From a virus (Duplodnaviria; Caudoviricetes), in IMG/VR virus record IMGVR_UViG_3300028581_000010: a DNA stretch of 64,000 nucleotides. One strand, given 5' to 3'. The notes beneath the pieces were generated by a model that was not told the DNA's origin, made no database searches, and was given only the letters and a program-made list of their open reading frames with translations. Positions within the stretch are counted from its first letter, which is position 1; each line of letters starts with the position of its first letter. Below, piece by piece: positions 29,195 through 38,532 of this stretch. Both the position numbers and the translations under genes were made by a program.

Positions 29195-29588
29195 CGAGTA
29201 GGTTGTAATTGTTGTCATATCCGAACGCGCGCTGCATAACGGGATCGTCAGTAGCGCCTGCCGTCTTAACACGGGATACACGACCGACGTTCACTACGTC
29301 AGCCGCTTTGCAGATCTTCTCAACGACCTTAGCTAGATAAGCAGGGTCCTCGTTAGACTTTTTGATAAATTGTTTCTTCTCGTACGTGTCGCAGATAAAG
29401 TCTGAGTCGTACAGAGCATTAGCAGCCTTTTTGAGCGCTCCGTTAAATCGGTCGGAGCGTTCCTCTAGCTCATTGGTCAGCGAGGCGTTCTTGTCTTCTA
29501 GGGAAGCTACTTTTGCTTCCAAGGCATGAACCTCGTCGACAGACAGCTTAACAAACTCAGCTATTTTTTCCAGGTGTGCCTTTTCCAT
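29187..29588 (-). CDS. Coiled-coil scaffold-like head protein
   Basis: Heptad repeat LEAKVASLEDKNASLTNELEER; several K-x-A motifs; upstream of the capsid genes. Confidence 0.65.
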   Translation of the reverse strand: MEKAHLEKIAEFVKLSVDEVHALEAKVASLEDKNASLTNELEERSDRFNGALKKAANALYDSDFICDTYEKKQFIKKSNEDPAYLAKVVEKICKAADVVNVGRVSRVKTAGATDDPVMQRAFGYDNNYNLLDE

Positions 29589-29730
29589 GAGCTTTGATCT
29601 TATCCAAAGTTGCTAATGTATCTATGTACTCCAAGACTTTAAGCTTTTCTTCTTCTGGAAGAAAAGCCATAGCCTTTAAAGCTTCTTGTTCAACAGAGGA
29701 TTGAACTCCTACCAAACCTTCGGCTTCCAT
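29557..29730 (-). CDS. Small helical hypothetical protein (57 aa, below ORF-track cutoff)
   Basis: Hand translation MEAEGLVGVQSSVEQEALKAMAFLPEEEKLKVLEYIDTLATLDKIKAHGKGTPGKNS; fills the gap between neighbours. Confidence 0.6.
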   Translation of the reverse strand: MEAEGLVGVQSSVEQEALKAMAFLPEEEKLKVLEYIDTLATLDKIKAHGKGTPGKNS

Positions 29731-29738
29731 ACGATTGA

Positions 29739-30662
29739 TTACTCCTGCGGAGTATTCTTTAGACGTTCGATTACCGCGGCGGCAACCGTAGCAGCAAGCT
29801 TCTCTTGAGCTTCTTTGTCAGCAGCTAGCTTCTCAGCGGCCTGCTTCTCATTTTGCTCTTTAACAGAAGCGGCTTCATACTCAGCGAGCGTGTCCCGAAG
29901 GGCTTCATTCTCTGCATATGCTTGCTCATAAGCGGCCTGTTTGACAAGGTTGTCAAAGTAAGCAGCGCCTGCTGCTTCAGCTTGTTTTTCGGAAAGTTCC
30001 GCGGTTGCACCTTTTTCAAGGCGAGCAGCTGCGTCAGCGATCAGAACATCAAAGTCCCGACGGCCAGCTTCTTTCATGAGTTCAGACTCAGAGGGAGCGG
30101 TTTCTGCTGCAACTTTTAGAAGAGCGGCGCAGAACTGACGGCCGAGTTCATAAGAGGCAACTTTAGCAGCCATGTCACGAACTTCATTGTCTTCAGCTTT
30201 CTTAGCAGAAGCAACGGGCTTAGACTTGTCGCTGGAAGGTTTCTGCTCGTGGGCTTGAGGAGAGAGCTTCTCAGGCTTTACAGCATTTTTGTCAACCTTC
30301 TCGTTCTCGTCTTTGATGGACTCTGGGTTGGTATCTTTTCCTGGAACGCCTGTAACGGAGTCCTGGACTTCGGCCTGCTTGCGGATAATCTCCATGATCT
30401 CTGCGCCGAGTTCGGCAGCAGTCTTAGGAGACGCAACGGGTTCAGAAGCGTCGTCAGAACCTTTCTGAGAATATCCTTGTGGGTTGTTCTCAGGCTTTAC
30501 AGCGTTCTTGTTAGTTGTTTCGTGCTCGTCCTTAATAGACTCCGGTTTCGTATCTTCTCCGGGAACTCCGGTGATAGTCTTCTGGGCCTCTTCGGCAGCT
30601 TGTTTGGTAACTATTTGATGCAGTTGGTTTAAAACCTCTGCGTGCTTGCTTAAACGTGCCAT
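29739..30662 (-). CDS. Scaffold-like head protein with an internal tandem repeat
   Basis: Likely start ATG 30662 (MARLSKHAE). Two ~74-aa repeats (TGVPG.DT.PESIKDE...KNAVKPE), C-terminal coiled coil, more than 10 K-x-A motifs, strong codon bias. Confidence 0.7.
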   Translation of the reverse strand: MARLSKHAEVLNQLHQIVTKQAAEEAQKTITGVPGEDTKPESIKDEHETTNKNAVKPENNPQGYSQKGSDDASEPVASPKTAAELGAEIMEIIRKQAEVQDSVTGVPGKDTNPESIKDENEKVDKNAVKPEKLSPQAHEQKPSSDKSKPVASAKKAEDNEVRDMAAKVASYELGRQFCAALLKVAAETAPSESELMKEAGRRDFDVLIADAAARLEKGATAELSEKQAEAAGAAYFDNLVKQAAYEQAYAENEALRDTLAEYEAASVKEQNEKQAAEKLAADKEAQEKLAATVAAAVIERLKNTPQE

Positions 30663-30685
30663 AATATTATTTGTTGTTTGTTGTT

Positions 30686-31303
30686 TTATACTAGTTGATT
30701 TTTGTCCTGAGCGCAAGTAAATTTGCGGCTTTTTACTGACTTTTTCATATCTTCTCCAACCTTACTCAAGTTGTCTTTCTCCCACAGTGGGCGTAAATTG
30801 GTTAGCGCCCAGCCGCGTTTGAACTCTGTGTCGTCATGACTTTTATAACTGAATGAACCAAGCGGTTCGATATGGTCCACCACCCAGCCACCTTTGCCAT
30901 AATTCTCCCAAGTCATCCCATCAGCAAATTTACTTTCTAAGTGCCGTCTTAGGTCTTCTACAGTGTAGCCAACTAGTCCTTCCCAGCTGCGCCCACCTTT
31001 TCGAAGTTCGTTAGCCCGTAGATCGCGTGCCACTGCGCACCGGATGTTATTATTCAACCGAAGCTTGACGTCGGCCTGTAGGCGCTCACGGCTGCGATCG
31101 CGATGATACGGGCGCATTTCAACCTTGTGGGCTTTAAGCCAAGTAGAAGATCTCAAATAGCTCTCCTCTTTGTGCCCATGATACCAACGTTTATTGTCAG
31201 CCGTATTACAGTCCTTGCAAGAGCTGCGCAGCCCATCCTTAGTAACAGCTCTGTAAAAGGCGTGAGTCGCTTTCAACATGTTGCACCTGCTACAAAGTTT
31301 CAT
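30686..31303 (-). CDS. HNH homing endonuclease with N-terminal zinc finger
   Basis: CSRC...CKDC zinc finger; LESKFADGMTWENYG..WVVDHIEP...TNLRPLWEKDNLSK HNH motif. Confidence 0.88.
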   Translation of the reverse strand: MKLCSRCNMLKATHAFYRAVTKDGLRSSCKDCNTADNKRWYHGHKEESYLRSSTWLKAHKVEMRPYHRDRSRERLQADVKLRLNNNIRCAVARDLRANELRKGGRSWEGLVGYTVEDLRRHLESKFADGMTWENYGKGGWVVDHIEPLGSFSYKSHDDTEFKRGWALTNLRPLWEKDNLSKVGEDMKKSVKSRKFTCAQDKNQLV

Positions 31304-31324
31304 AAAACAAAATTAACGGACAAA

Positions 31325-32731
31325 TTATGCTGCTTGTTGATGGTCATGTCCACCACTCAACCCCATGGCAAGAGCACCTGCTCCTAGTGCGCCTGCTCCT
31401 GCGCCAATGCCAAAAGCGGCACCTGGATGCTCACTACCGAACCCCATCGTAGCATCATACCCACCGGAGAGTTTCTGCTTCACAAGATCCCAGAGACCGG
31501 GGTCTGATTCAACCGCAGCTTTTGCGTCTGGGGGCAGTTTCGATTTGAGCGCTGTATCCGCCGGGGAATCCGGCTTGCGGGGTTGGCGAGGCTTGCGTAC
31601 CTTTGGAGCTGCAACCGTCGGAGGCACAACCGGGGCAGCTGGGGCAGTGAGGACATCCTGCGCAGCATTTAGTGTTTGAGAGGTCGGCGAGGGGCCTGCA
31701 AAGGCCTTTGGCTTCGCCCCTGCTGGACGCTTAGCGGGTAGCACCGAGCGCCCGCTACTCACTGTAGCTTTTGGTGCTCCAGTCAAAACTTGCTGCATGC
31801 CCTTTCCTAGCCCGTCGAAGCCGGCTGCGTTCTTCTCCAGCTCTTCATAAACGAGCTCAAAAGCTGTCTTGTCGTCGAGACCATACTCACGAGCGCGCTC
31901 AACGACACCCTCGAAGTAAGCAGCTGTCTTTTCGTCGACCTCTGTAGAGGCCGCTTGTTTAGTCTGTGTTGTGTCGACAACGTAAGAAGGGTCTGACAGT
32001 GTGTTGATGGTAGTCACCAACGCGTTGTCGTACATATCAACAGCTTCTTTAACATTTACACCGTGCTCAACAGCACGAGATAAAAATCCTTCCACATATT
32101 CTGCGGATTTAACATAATTCAAAGCACTGGTCTTTGCTGCAAGCTGTGCTGCGGGGTCTTCCTCTGGAGGAAGCTCTGCGCCTGCGGCTGCTTCTGGTGG
32201 AAGTCCGGCAGCTGCCTCTGGAGGCATTCCAGCGCCTTCATCACCATCGGGTTCGCCTGCGGGAAGCGAGGCGTCCGGATTCTGTTGCAAATGATCAGCA
32301 ATAGCCTGAGCTAGTTGATGTAGTTCTGGGTCCTCTTGTCCTTCGGCTTCAGGGGCGCCACTTTGGGCTCCACCAATATCACCAGCTAGCTCGGAAGCAA
32401 GCTGCTCGAGTTCCTCTGGAGAAAGTTGTGCTAAGAGTTGATCGATATCACCATGCCCGCCTTCTTCCCCACCACCAAGGCCTTCAAGGGCTTCGGCTGG
32501 GTTTGGCTGTGCACCGGCTGCCTCAGGAGGCATTGCTGGGCCTGCGGCTGCTTCTTCAAGACCTGCGCCCTGCGGGAGAGCGTTCGGGTCTTCTTGCGGA
32601 GGAGCGCCTGCGGCCATAGCAGCCATAGCGGCTGGGTCAGCTGCCTTTTTTAGCAAATATTGAATCTGTTCGTCAGAAAGACCGTTTGCCTGTGCAGCCT
32701 TGATGAAACCATTAGTGAAATTGTCGTTCAT
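31325..32731 (-). CDS. Putative internal head protein (acidic Pro/Ala-rich, three shared modules, C-terminal glycine zipper)
   Basis: FTNGFIKAAQANGL, YVEGFLSRAVEHGV and YFEGVVERAREYGL modules; C-terminal GAAFGIGAGAGALGAGALAMG. Confidence 0.75.
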   Translation of the reverse strand: MNDNFTNGFIKAAQANGLSDEQIQYLLKKAADPAAMAAMAAGAPPQEDPNALPQGAGLEEAAAGPAMPPEAAGAQPNPAEALEGLGGGEEGGHGDIDQLLAQLSPEELEQLASELAGDIGGAQSGAPEAEGQEDPELHQLAQAIADHLQQNPDASLPAGEPDGDEGAGMPPEAAAGLPPEAAAGAELPPEEDPAAQLAAKTSALNYVKSAEYVEGFLSRAVEHGVNVKEAVDMYDNALVTTINTLSDPSYVVDTTQTKQAASTEVDEKTAAYFEGVVERAREYGLDDKTAFELVYEELEKNAAGFDGLGKGMQQVLTGAPKATVSSGRSVLPAKRPAGAKPKAFAGPSPTSQTLNAAQDVLTAPAAPVVPPTVAAPKVRKPRQPRKPDSPADTALKSKLPPDAKAAVESDPGLWDLVKQKLSGGYDATMGFGSEHPGAAFGIGAGAGALGAGALAMGLSGGHDHQQAA

Positions 32732-32791
32732 TGTTTTATGTTATTGTTGTTTTATGATAGCCTTACTGGAGCTTTTTTTCAACCAGATTTT

Positions 32792-34219
32792 TTACCTATT
32801 TTGAAGCAAAGCATTGAGCATGACTTCATTTGTAAGTTTCCCATGATCTTCCATGTATTGTAAAGCCGCGATTTTATATTTCGCGTACTCCTCCGCCAGT
32901 TCAACTACAGCAGCTTCCTTGGAGATTTCCTCCGAGTCAGATGCCTTGAGTTTACCTGGGGCTTTTCTGATTATGGTTATCTTCATGATACGCCCTTGGA
33001 CGGGTTGTTCCTCCAGAGAGTGTCCTTCAAACAGACCACCTATCAAAGATCTAAGTGCCTTAGGCAACATGTCGATACCTGAGGGCTCATATTTCTCACT
33101 GTTGACACACTCTCCGCAGCAACCTGCGTCAGAAGCAATGTCGTTAAAAATCTTGGGCAGCCGAGCCTTCATACGTTTCGTATGGTTGCCTAGCGTTGAG
33201 GCTTTCTCGCCAAAGAGATAGCTCATGAAGTCCTCGGGTGAGAAGACGATGCCTTTGTCCGCCAGCGCGCGTAGTAGTTTGGACGGTTCGTACTTGCGTA
33301 GAGTGTCCATGACATCGGCGGGTATGCCGTCTGCCTGGTTCAGCTTGGATTTGTGCTCGGAAATGTACTTGTCCTCGCTTGTCTCATGTATGCCCTTGGC
33401 AATACCATCGAGACGTTTCTCCAGCTTGGCGAGCTTGTGTATAAGACTCCGTTTAAAGGAGGCTTGTTTAGAAATTGTTAGAAGCTCATCGGCTGGAGGT
33501 ACGAAGCCGGTATAGATCTGCATATAGTCAGATCCAAGCTTGGGCACGTATGCGGATGCCATCTTTAGAGACATGCCTACGCGGTCTGCAGGACGCCCTA
33601 CAATAGACAACTCGAACCAGCGCGGCTTGATGTTATCCATACCGCACATCTCACCTACCTTGTTGATCTCTCCGAGTTCGCTGGGAACGTGCTCGCAGCG
33701 AGTCTTGTCATCATAAGCTTTGTGCTTACACCAGGTGCAAACATCGTAAGCTACCTTGGCAGCCATGCTTACGTTAATCTGCTTACCCTCGGCGATCTTC
33801 TGAATCTCCTCAGCGCACTTATCATTGTCCAGGCCTACGATGAGCTCAATACGCTTCATCTTTTTGTTGTAGGCCGCGGCCTTGATGTTTCCGTACTTAG
33901 GGTCTGTGGGCTTATTCTTGTGGTGACGATTCAGTGCACGGCCATCATACTTACCAGCAGCGCTTTTCTTACCAGAGTTAACAAAGGTTTTATAGTGCTC
34001 CAAGCACTCAGCTTCCTTGAATAGGTCGCCGTTTCGGTTTTGGCCTGTTCCCTCATAGGCAGCAAGCGCGATGGCATGTATGTCTGTCTGGCCGGCTGTT
34101 TTCTCAAAGCGCAACTCGTCAGACATGCTTGTCTTCTTCTGCAAATCACGCAAATCCGTAGCAAGCTTTATAGGCTCTTCGTTTAATGCGAGATCGTCTG
34201 TCGAGCTGAACTTAATCAC
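32792..34219 (-). CDS. Prohead maturation protease (HK97/assemblin-like clan) with Zn-finger insert and C-terminal extension
   Basis: NRNGD, H99/H100, VS151M and FELSIVGRPAD motifs; CTWC...CEH insert; position upstream of scaffold and capsid genes. Confidence 0.85.
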   Translation of the reverse strand: MIKFSSTDDLALNEEPIKLATDLRDLQKKTSMSDELRFEKTAGQTDIHAIALAAYEGTGQNRNGDLFKEAECLEHYKTFVNSGKKSAAGKYDGRALNRHHKNKPTDPKYGNIKAAAYNKKMKRIELIVGLDNDKCAEEIQKIAEGKQINVSMAAKVAYDVCTWCKHKAYDDKTRCEHVPSELGEINKVGEMCGMDNIKPRWFELSIVGRPADRVGMSLKMASAYVPKLGSDYMQIYTGFVPPADELLTISKQASFKRSLIHKLAKLEKRLDGIAKGIHETSEDKYISEHKSKLNQADGIPADVMDTLRKYEPSKLLRALADKGIVFSPEDFMSYLFGEKASTLGNHTKRMKARLPKIFNDIASDAGCCGECVNSEKYEPSGIDMLPKALRSLIGGLFEGHSLEEQPVQGRIMKITIIRKAPGKLKASDSEEISKEAAVVELAEEYAKYKIAALQYMEDHGKLTNEVMLNALLQNR

Positions 34220-34221
34220 AA

Positions 34222-35556
34222 TTATTGTACTTTCTCGGCTTCCTCGAACTGAGAGCGAGATTTAAGCAAGTTACGCTTCCACTCATTCATCTGGTCCTTA
34301 CCATACATTTGGCTCTGTAGGGCTTTGAGCAAATGATGCAGCCCTATGCCGCCTGCTGCAACGCCAGCACCCATAGCGACGGGAAACTTAAGTCTGTTCA
34401 GTACTCTGGAGCCTGTGCTTAACCCGCCGCGCTCAGCTGAACGAGACAGCGGGTCAATGACCCCTCTATCAAGAGCTTCAAGTTTACGTCCTTCAACAGA
34501 GGCTAAATTCGTATTTTTAGGATCCAGCCCACCAACATCAGCAAGCATGTTGCGCGATGTGTGTTTATCAAAATTCTTTGAGTCAGTTTCTAGCAGTGCT
34601 CCGGAGGCCATACCTGCCAAACGGCTAGTCCGATAGCCTGGCAAAAAATATTTCTTAAACCACTCCGGCAGCCAAGTGCTCAACTGCAAGTCTTCGCCAA
34701 GAAGCTTGCCCTTATCAAGACCCCCATTGGTTCTTAGCACCTTATGCATACCCTGCATCTTTTCAATGGTGCGGGCGGCGGGCAAGTCATTCATGTCAGA
34801 CATGACCGATTTAATTGCCTTTATGCGTGCTTCTTCGGCGGCTGTGCGCCGACCGGTAGCTAGATCTACCTTGAGCTTATGTGTCTTTGAGTCAAACCCA
34901 TGGCCGGCTGCCGATGCTTCTTGTTCAAGCCTTTTCAACCCATCAATAGCGCCCTGATGCTCTTTGGTAACGGCGCTGGCAGCATTGTACTTATCAGAAA
35001 TCTTTGGAGCAGACGGATCTGACTTACTCGTCAGTGTATCCAAGTGCTCAATACGCCTACGAATAGCTGCGTCTTCTGTAGAAGGGTCACCATAACCAGA
35101 ACCAAAGAAGCGTTTTGCCTGCCGGTCTTCTCCACCAATTTCCGCGTCGTAAGCTTTACGCCCGCCTCCCTTGGGGTCGTCGGAGATGCTAGGAATAGCT
35201 GCTTGATCTTTCTTACGCTGGCTACGCACTGTCAAATGATCCTTGGCCAACATAGCAGCAGACAGCCCGAGGCCTGCAATAGGGGCATATTTCGCCGCAT
35301 CTGTAGCTACAGCTTGAACAGGATGCGCATCGTAAAAAGTCTCTGCCTTGTTTTTCTTAAGACCGGTTAGGTACTCAAGACCGACCATACCCTTTTGGAG
35401 CTGCTCTTTAAGCCTGTCAATCTTCTCACGGTCATAGCCCTTCAGGCCGTGGAACTCTGCGCCGTCAACCATCGGGGCAACCGACTTATACAGCTCTGAC
35501 GGATTGCTACCGTCCACACTTGAAATATCTCTGGAAAAGTTGTTGTCATCTGGCAT
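34222..35556 (-). CDS. Putative internal head / ejection protein with two hydrophobic Gly/Ala helices
   Basis: APIAGLGLSAAML and VAMGAGVAAGGIGLHHLL segments flank a charged helical region. Confidence 0.7.
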   Translation of the reverse strand: MPDDNNFSRDISSVDGSNPSELYKSVAPMVDGAEFHGLKGYDREKIDRLKEQLQKGMVGLEYLTGLKKNKAETFYDAHPVQAVATDAAKYAPIAGLGLSAAMLAKDHLTVRSQRKKDQAAIPSISDDPKGGGRKAYDAEIGGEDRQAKRFFGSGYGDPSTEDAAIRRRIEHLDTLTSKSDPSAPKISDKYNAASAVTKEHQGAIDGLKRLEQEASAAGHGFDSKTHKLKVDLATGRRTAAEEARIKAIKSVMSDMNDLPAARTIEKMQGMHKVLRTNGGLDKGKLLGEDLQLSTWLPEWFKKYFLPGYRTSRLAGMASGALLETDSKNFDKHTSRNMLADVGGLDPKNTNLASVEGRKLEALDRGVIDPLSRSAERGGLSTGSRVLNRLKFPVAMGAGVAAGGIGLHHLLKALQSQMYGKDQMNEWKRNLLKSRSQFEEAEKVQ

Positions 35557-35561
35557 AAAAA

Positions 35562-36125
35562 TTAAGAGTAAAGCATTTCCTGCTCGACACGATTGCCCTG
35601 CAGCAGATCGCCCATATTTTGAGGTGAGTTGAGCTTTTTGATCGAACGCGTGCGCTCGTAGTCCTTCTTAGCTGCAGGTAGAGAAGATAGAATACCTGCG
35701 AGCACAGCAGCGCTGACACCCATACCAGTAGGAAGGTGTGTCTTAAACTTAGGGTGGATATTCAACAAAGGTGTGTGCTTTAATACATACCCTGATGCCG
35801 CCCCGGCACCTCCACCAATAAGGGCGCCTTTAGTTCCAGCTCCCAACCCTGCAAGAATACCTTCGAGCTCTGGAATCTTATCCAACGACTCGTCTCTACG
35901 TTGCAGAAGATCTGCGCGGTACCGCGTGGTGTCTTCTTGTGAGTTAGATCCATACGCTGGGTCAGAGCCTTGGTCTCGCAGCGCTGCCCGAATATGAGCC
36001 ATGTCGATAGGGCTGATTGCTTGGTCGCTAGCCATTGCTGCCTTGAACAACTCTGTTGCTTCTTGTCTGGTTAGCCCTGCAGCAGCTGCTGCTTTTATGA
36101 ATCCCTTGATGCTTTGCTTGTTCAT
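35562..36125 (-). CDS. Glycine-zipper protein with the shared N-terminal module
   Basis: IKGFIKAAAAAGLTRQEATELFKAAM leader; GLGAGTKGALIGGGAGAASG zipper. Confidence 0.75.
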   Translation of the reverse strand: MNKQSIKGFIKAAAAAGLTRQEATELFKAAMASDQAISPIDMAHIRAALRDQGSDPAYGSNSQEDTTRYRADLLQRRDESLDKIPELEGILAGLGAGTKGALIGGGAGAASGYVLKHTPLLNIHPKFKTHLPTGMGVSAAVLAGILSSLPAAKKDYERTRSIKKLNSPQNMGDLLQGNRVEQEMLYS

Positions 36126-36141
36126 TGTAAATTGATGTGTG

Positions 36142-36474
36142 TTACTGTCCAGTTACTCTCTCTAATCCTGCCTGTATAGGGATAGCTCCAGCCATGTCTA
36201 AGGCCTGTGTACCCAACCCCATCGTATCCTTGGCGGCAATGCGTGCGCCAACTCGCCCGGCACCAAGTATGCCGTTCGCCAAAGCACCTGTGCCTTTCTT
36301 ACCTGCCCAGCCCATGGCGGCTTGCGTGGCTTGGCGCCGAAGCAGCGAGGCTAGAGCAAAAGAACCTATGCTGGTTGCTATTGGCATCAAAAAAGACTGC
36401 TTTGTAAGCCCAAGCTCTTCTGCACGCTTATCAGCGCCACGTAAAAAAGCTTCGCTATACTCTTGCTGGGTCAT
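36142..36474 (-). CDS. Small Gly/Ala-rich protein with the shared N-terminal module
   Basis: YSEAFLRGADKRAEELGLTKQS leader followed by hydrophobic Gly/Ala segments. Confidence 0.7.
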   Translation of the reverse strand: MTQQEYSEAFLRGADKRAEELGLTKQSFLMPIATSIGSFALASLLRRQATQAAMGWAGKKGTGALANGILGAGRVGARIAAKDTMGLGTQALDMAGAIPIQAGLERVTGQ

Positions 36475-36848
36475 TAGATGTTTACGATTGATTCGCCGGT
36501 GAAGGTGTCCGCGTTCTCCCGCAAAGCAGTGAAGGCGTCCGTGTACTTAGAGATAAAGCTCGACTGAAATGCTTCTGCCTTGGTCTGTGTGTTTGTGTCA
36601 AATGGAGTGGAAGTAGAGTCGAACTCCTGTGTGTAGGGCAGGCCGGAGATTACCTTGATGTATTTATCAGGTAAAGAATACTCGTTGGCGGTACTGTCCA
36701 GGAATGTTCCTCCTACGTTAATCTCCGGTTCGCCAAACTTACGCATCAACTCTTTGTCTGTTTCCGAAAGCTTAGTAGTATCCGCTGTAAAGAGGATACG
36801 CCATACGTCGTTTACAATCTGTCTGTTTATTTTGAGAATAGCGCGCAT
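36474..36848 (-). CDS. Hypothetical (probably structural) protein
   Basis: 124-aa ORF coupled to both neighbours. Confidence 0.7.
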   Translation of the reverse strand: MRAILKINRQIVNDVWRILFTADTTKLSETDKELMRKFGEPEINVGGTFLDSTANEYSLPDKYIKVISGLPYTQEFDSTSTPFDTNTQTKAEAFQSSFISKYTDAFTALRENADTFTGESIVNI

Positions 36849-36853
36849 CTTGA

Positions 36854-38455
36854 TTAAATTTTAAATGTATCTGTCTTGCCGGACATGAAGGCCTGTGAAC
36901 CGATGCGATTCTTCATCATGTCGGTATCTAGCTTTGTCATCAAGTCGGCGTCGTACTTACTTAGAGCCTGAGAGGCTACCATACCGCGAAGCTCAGCGCG
37001 TACGATTTCCTTTTCCTTGGAGAGCTGCGGAGCAAGCCGTAGCAATTGCTCGTACGCTCTGGCTACCTTGGCTGGGTTAATCTTAGACAAGATGGGGTCC
37101 GTTAGAAGCAATTCCTGTAGAATGAGCTTACGTTCCATATTATCTAATGTGTTATTTACTTTGCCCTGCGCGGTGTTATCTCCGACGCTTGTACCAAAGT
37201 GGTTCTTAAGTGTTGTGTCAGCATGGCCAGATAGAAAGCTGTCCAACCCGTGCCCCAGAGTGTCTAGAGTCTCGGTTATAAACCCTTTCTTAGCTAGCTC
37301 TGCTTTTTTTTTAATCTCCGCAACGACTGGGTCGTTCTCCTCAGCCATCACCATTCTACCAGGAGCCTGCTGCATCGTAAGTGGGTTTAAACCATGCTGC
37401 TCCATCAGGTCATCTGGTGTCATCTGGCTCGGTCCGGGGGCAGGGGAGGGAGTCGGAAGTGGAAATCCAGGGCCCGCTGGGCGAATTGGAGGTGGAATAA
37501 CTTGCTGAACAGATTGTCCTGGCTGCACCGGAGGCACCACAGGCGGTGGTGTTGGTGTTGGTGTTGCTACAGGCGGCATCATTGGTTGCCCTGCTTCTTT
37601 ACGCAAAGCGCCTACAGCGTGACGGATGTCCTGCACGTAGGCTCTTTCAAAATCCAACGACTCGCTGGCTTCTTTAGCTAGTGTGTTGTTCTCGATGTAT
37701 GCCGCAGCGGCTTTCATGAAATGATCGAACATTCCAAGCTCGACGCTCGGCTCAAACATAATATAGCCGGCGTCACGATGACCGCGCTCTTCCTCGAGCC
37801 CTGCGGTCTTATAGAGCAGGTCTAGATAAGGTACGGCTTGTTCTCCATGCTTGGAAAAAGCCTGCGACTCAAGCTCATGAAATGGTGTGCGGTACCCTTC
37901 GTCTCTGCGGAAGTGGTCTGCCAGCTTAGAAAAGACCGAGTTAAACTCGAACTCAGCAGAAGCCTGCTTTGTCTGAGCCACGTCCAGATCGCGCTCTAGG
38001 CGGCTGATATACTTGGCTGTCTTGTCGAAGAGTCCACCAAGCGAGGTAGCGTAGGAGTCGTTCGTCTCTGTTGCTCCGGCGATCTGCAGATAAGCCTGTT
38101 TGTAGACAGGGTTCGACTGCATTCTGCGGAAGTTAAAAACTGGGTCGTTAGTCACTCCATCGGAGAAGTGCTCGGAAATATACTCGGAAGCTGTCTTCTC
38201 GTTAGAGGTGAAGCTGTCCTTGGCCACCTTCTCGATATCGGCGATAGGAAAGTCACTGGAACGATCCTCTGCAGTCTTGAAGTGGTTATAGTGTAGAGCC
38301 ACGTTAAGGGCCTCACCAACGCGGTGAATGTAGTTGGGGTTCAGGTCATAAGACGCTGCAACCTTACTCAGGGCGTCTGTGGGTGTCCCGCCAGAGTTGA
38401 CGATGTTGACAGCCTCATTTAACGCCTGTTTTATTAAGATATTCGGTTCTTCCAT
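36854..38455 (-). CDS. Putative internal head protein, K-x-A-rich, with Pro-rich linker
   Basis: FKTAE, EKTASE, DKTAK, TKQAS and RKEAG motifs; PPVATPTPTPPPVVPP linker. Confidence 0.7.
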   Translation of the reverse strand: MEEPNILIKQALNEAVNIVNSGGTPTDALSKVAASYDLNPNYIHRVGEALNVALHYNHFKTAEDRSSDFPIADIEKVAKDSFTSNEKTASEYISEHFSDGVTNDPVFNFRRMQSNPVYKQAYLQIAGATETNDSYATSLGGLFDKTAKYISRLERDLDVAQTKQASAEFEFNSVFSKLADHFRRDEGYRTPFHELESQAFSKHGEQAVPYLDLLYKTAGLEEERGHRDAGYIMFEPSVELGMFDHFMKAAAAYIENNTLAKEASESLDFERAYVQDIRHAVGALRKEAGQPMMPPVATPTPTPPPVVPPVQPGQSVQQVIPPPIRPAGPGFPLPTPSPAPGPSQMTPDDLMEQHGLNPLTMQQAPGRMVMAEENDPVVAEIKKKAELAKKGFITETLDTLGHGLDSFLSGHADTTLKNHFGTSVGDNTAQGKVNNTLDNMERKLILQELLLTDPILSKINPAKVARAYEQLLRLAPQLSKEKEIVRAELRGMVASQALSKYDADLMTKLDTDMMKNRIGSQAFMSGKTDTFKI

Positions 38456-38532
38456 AGTTTTGATAAGTTGCCTGCCAATCTGGCCAAATTTTAATATAAT
38501 CTTCGCATAACGACCCGGTTACGTCAATTAAA

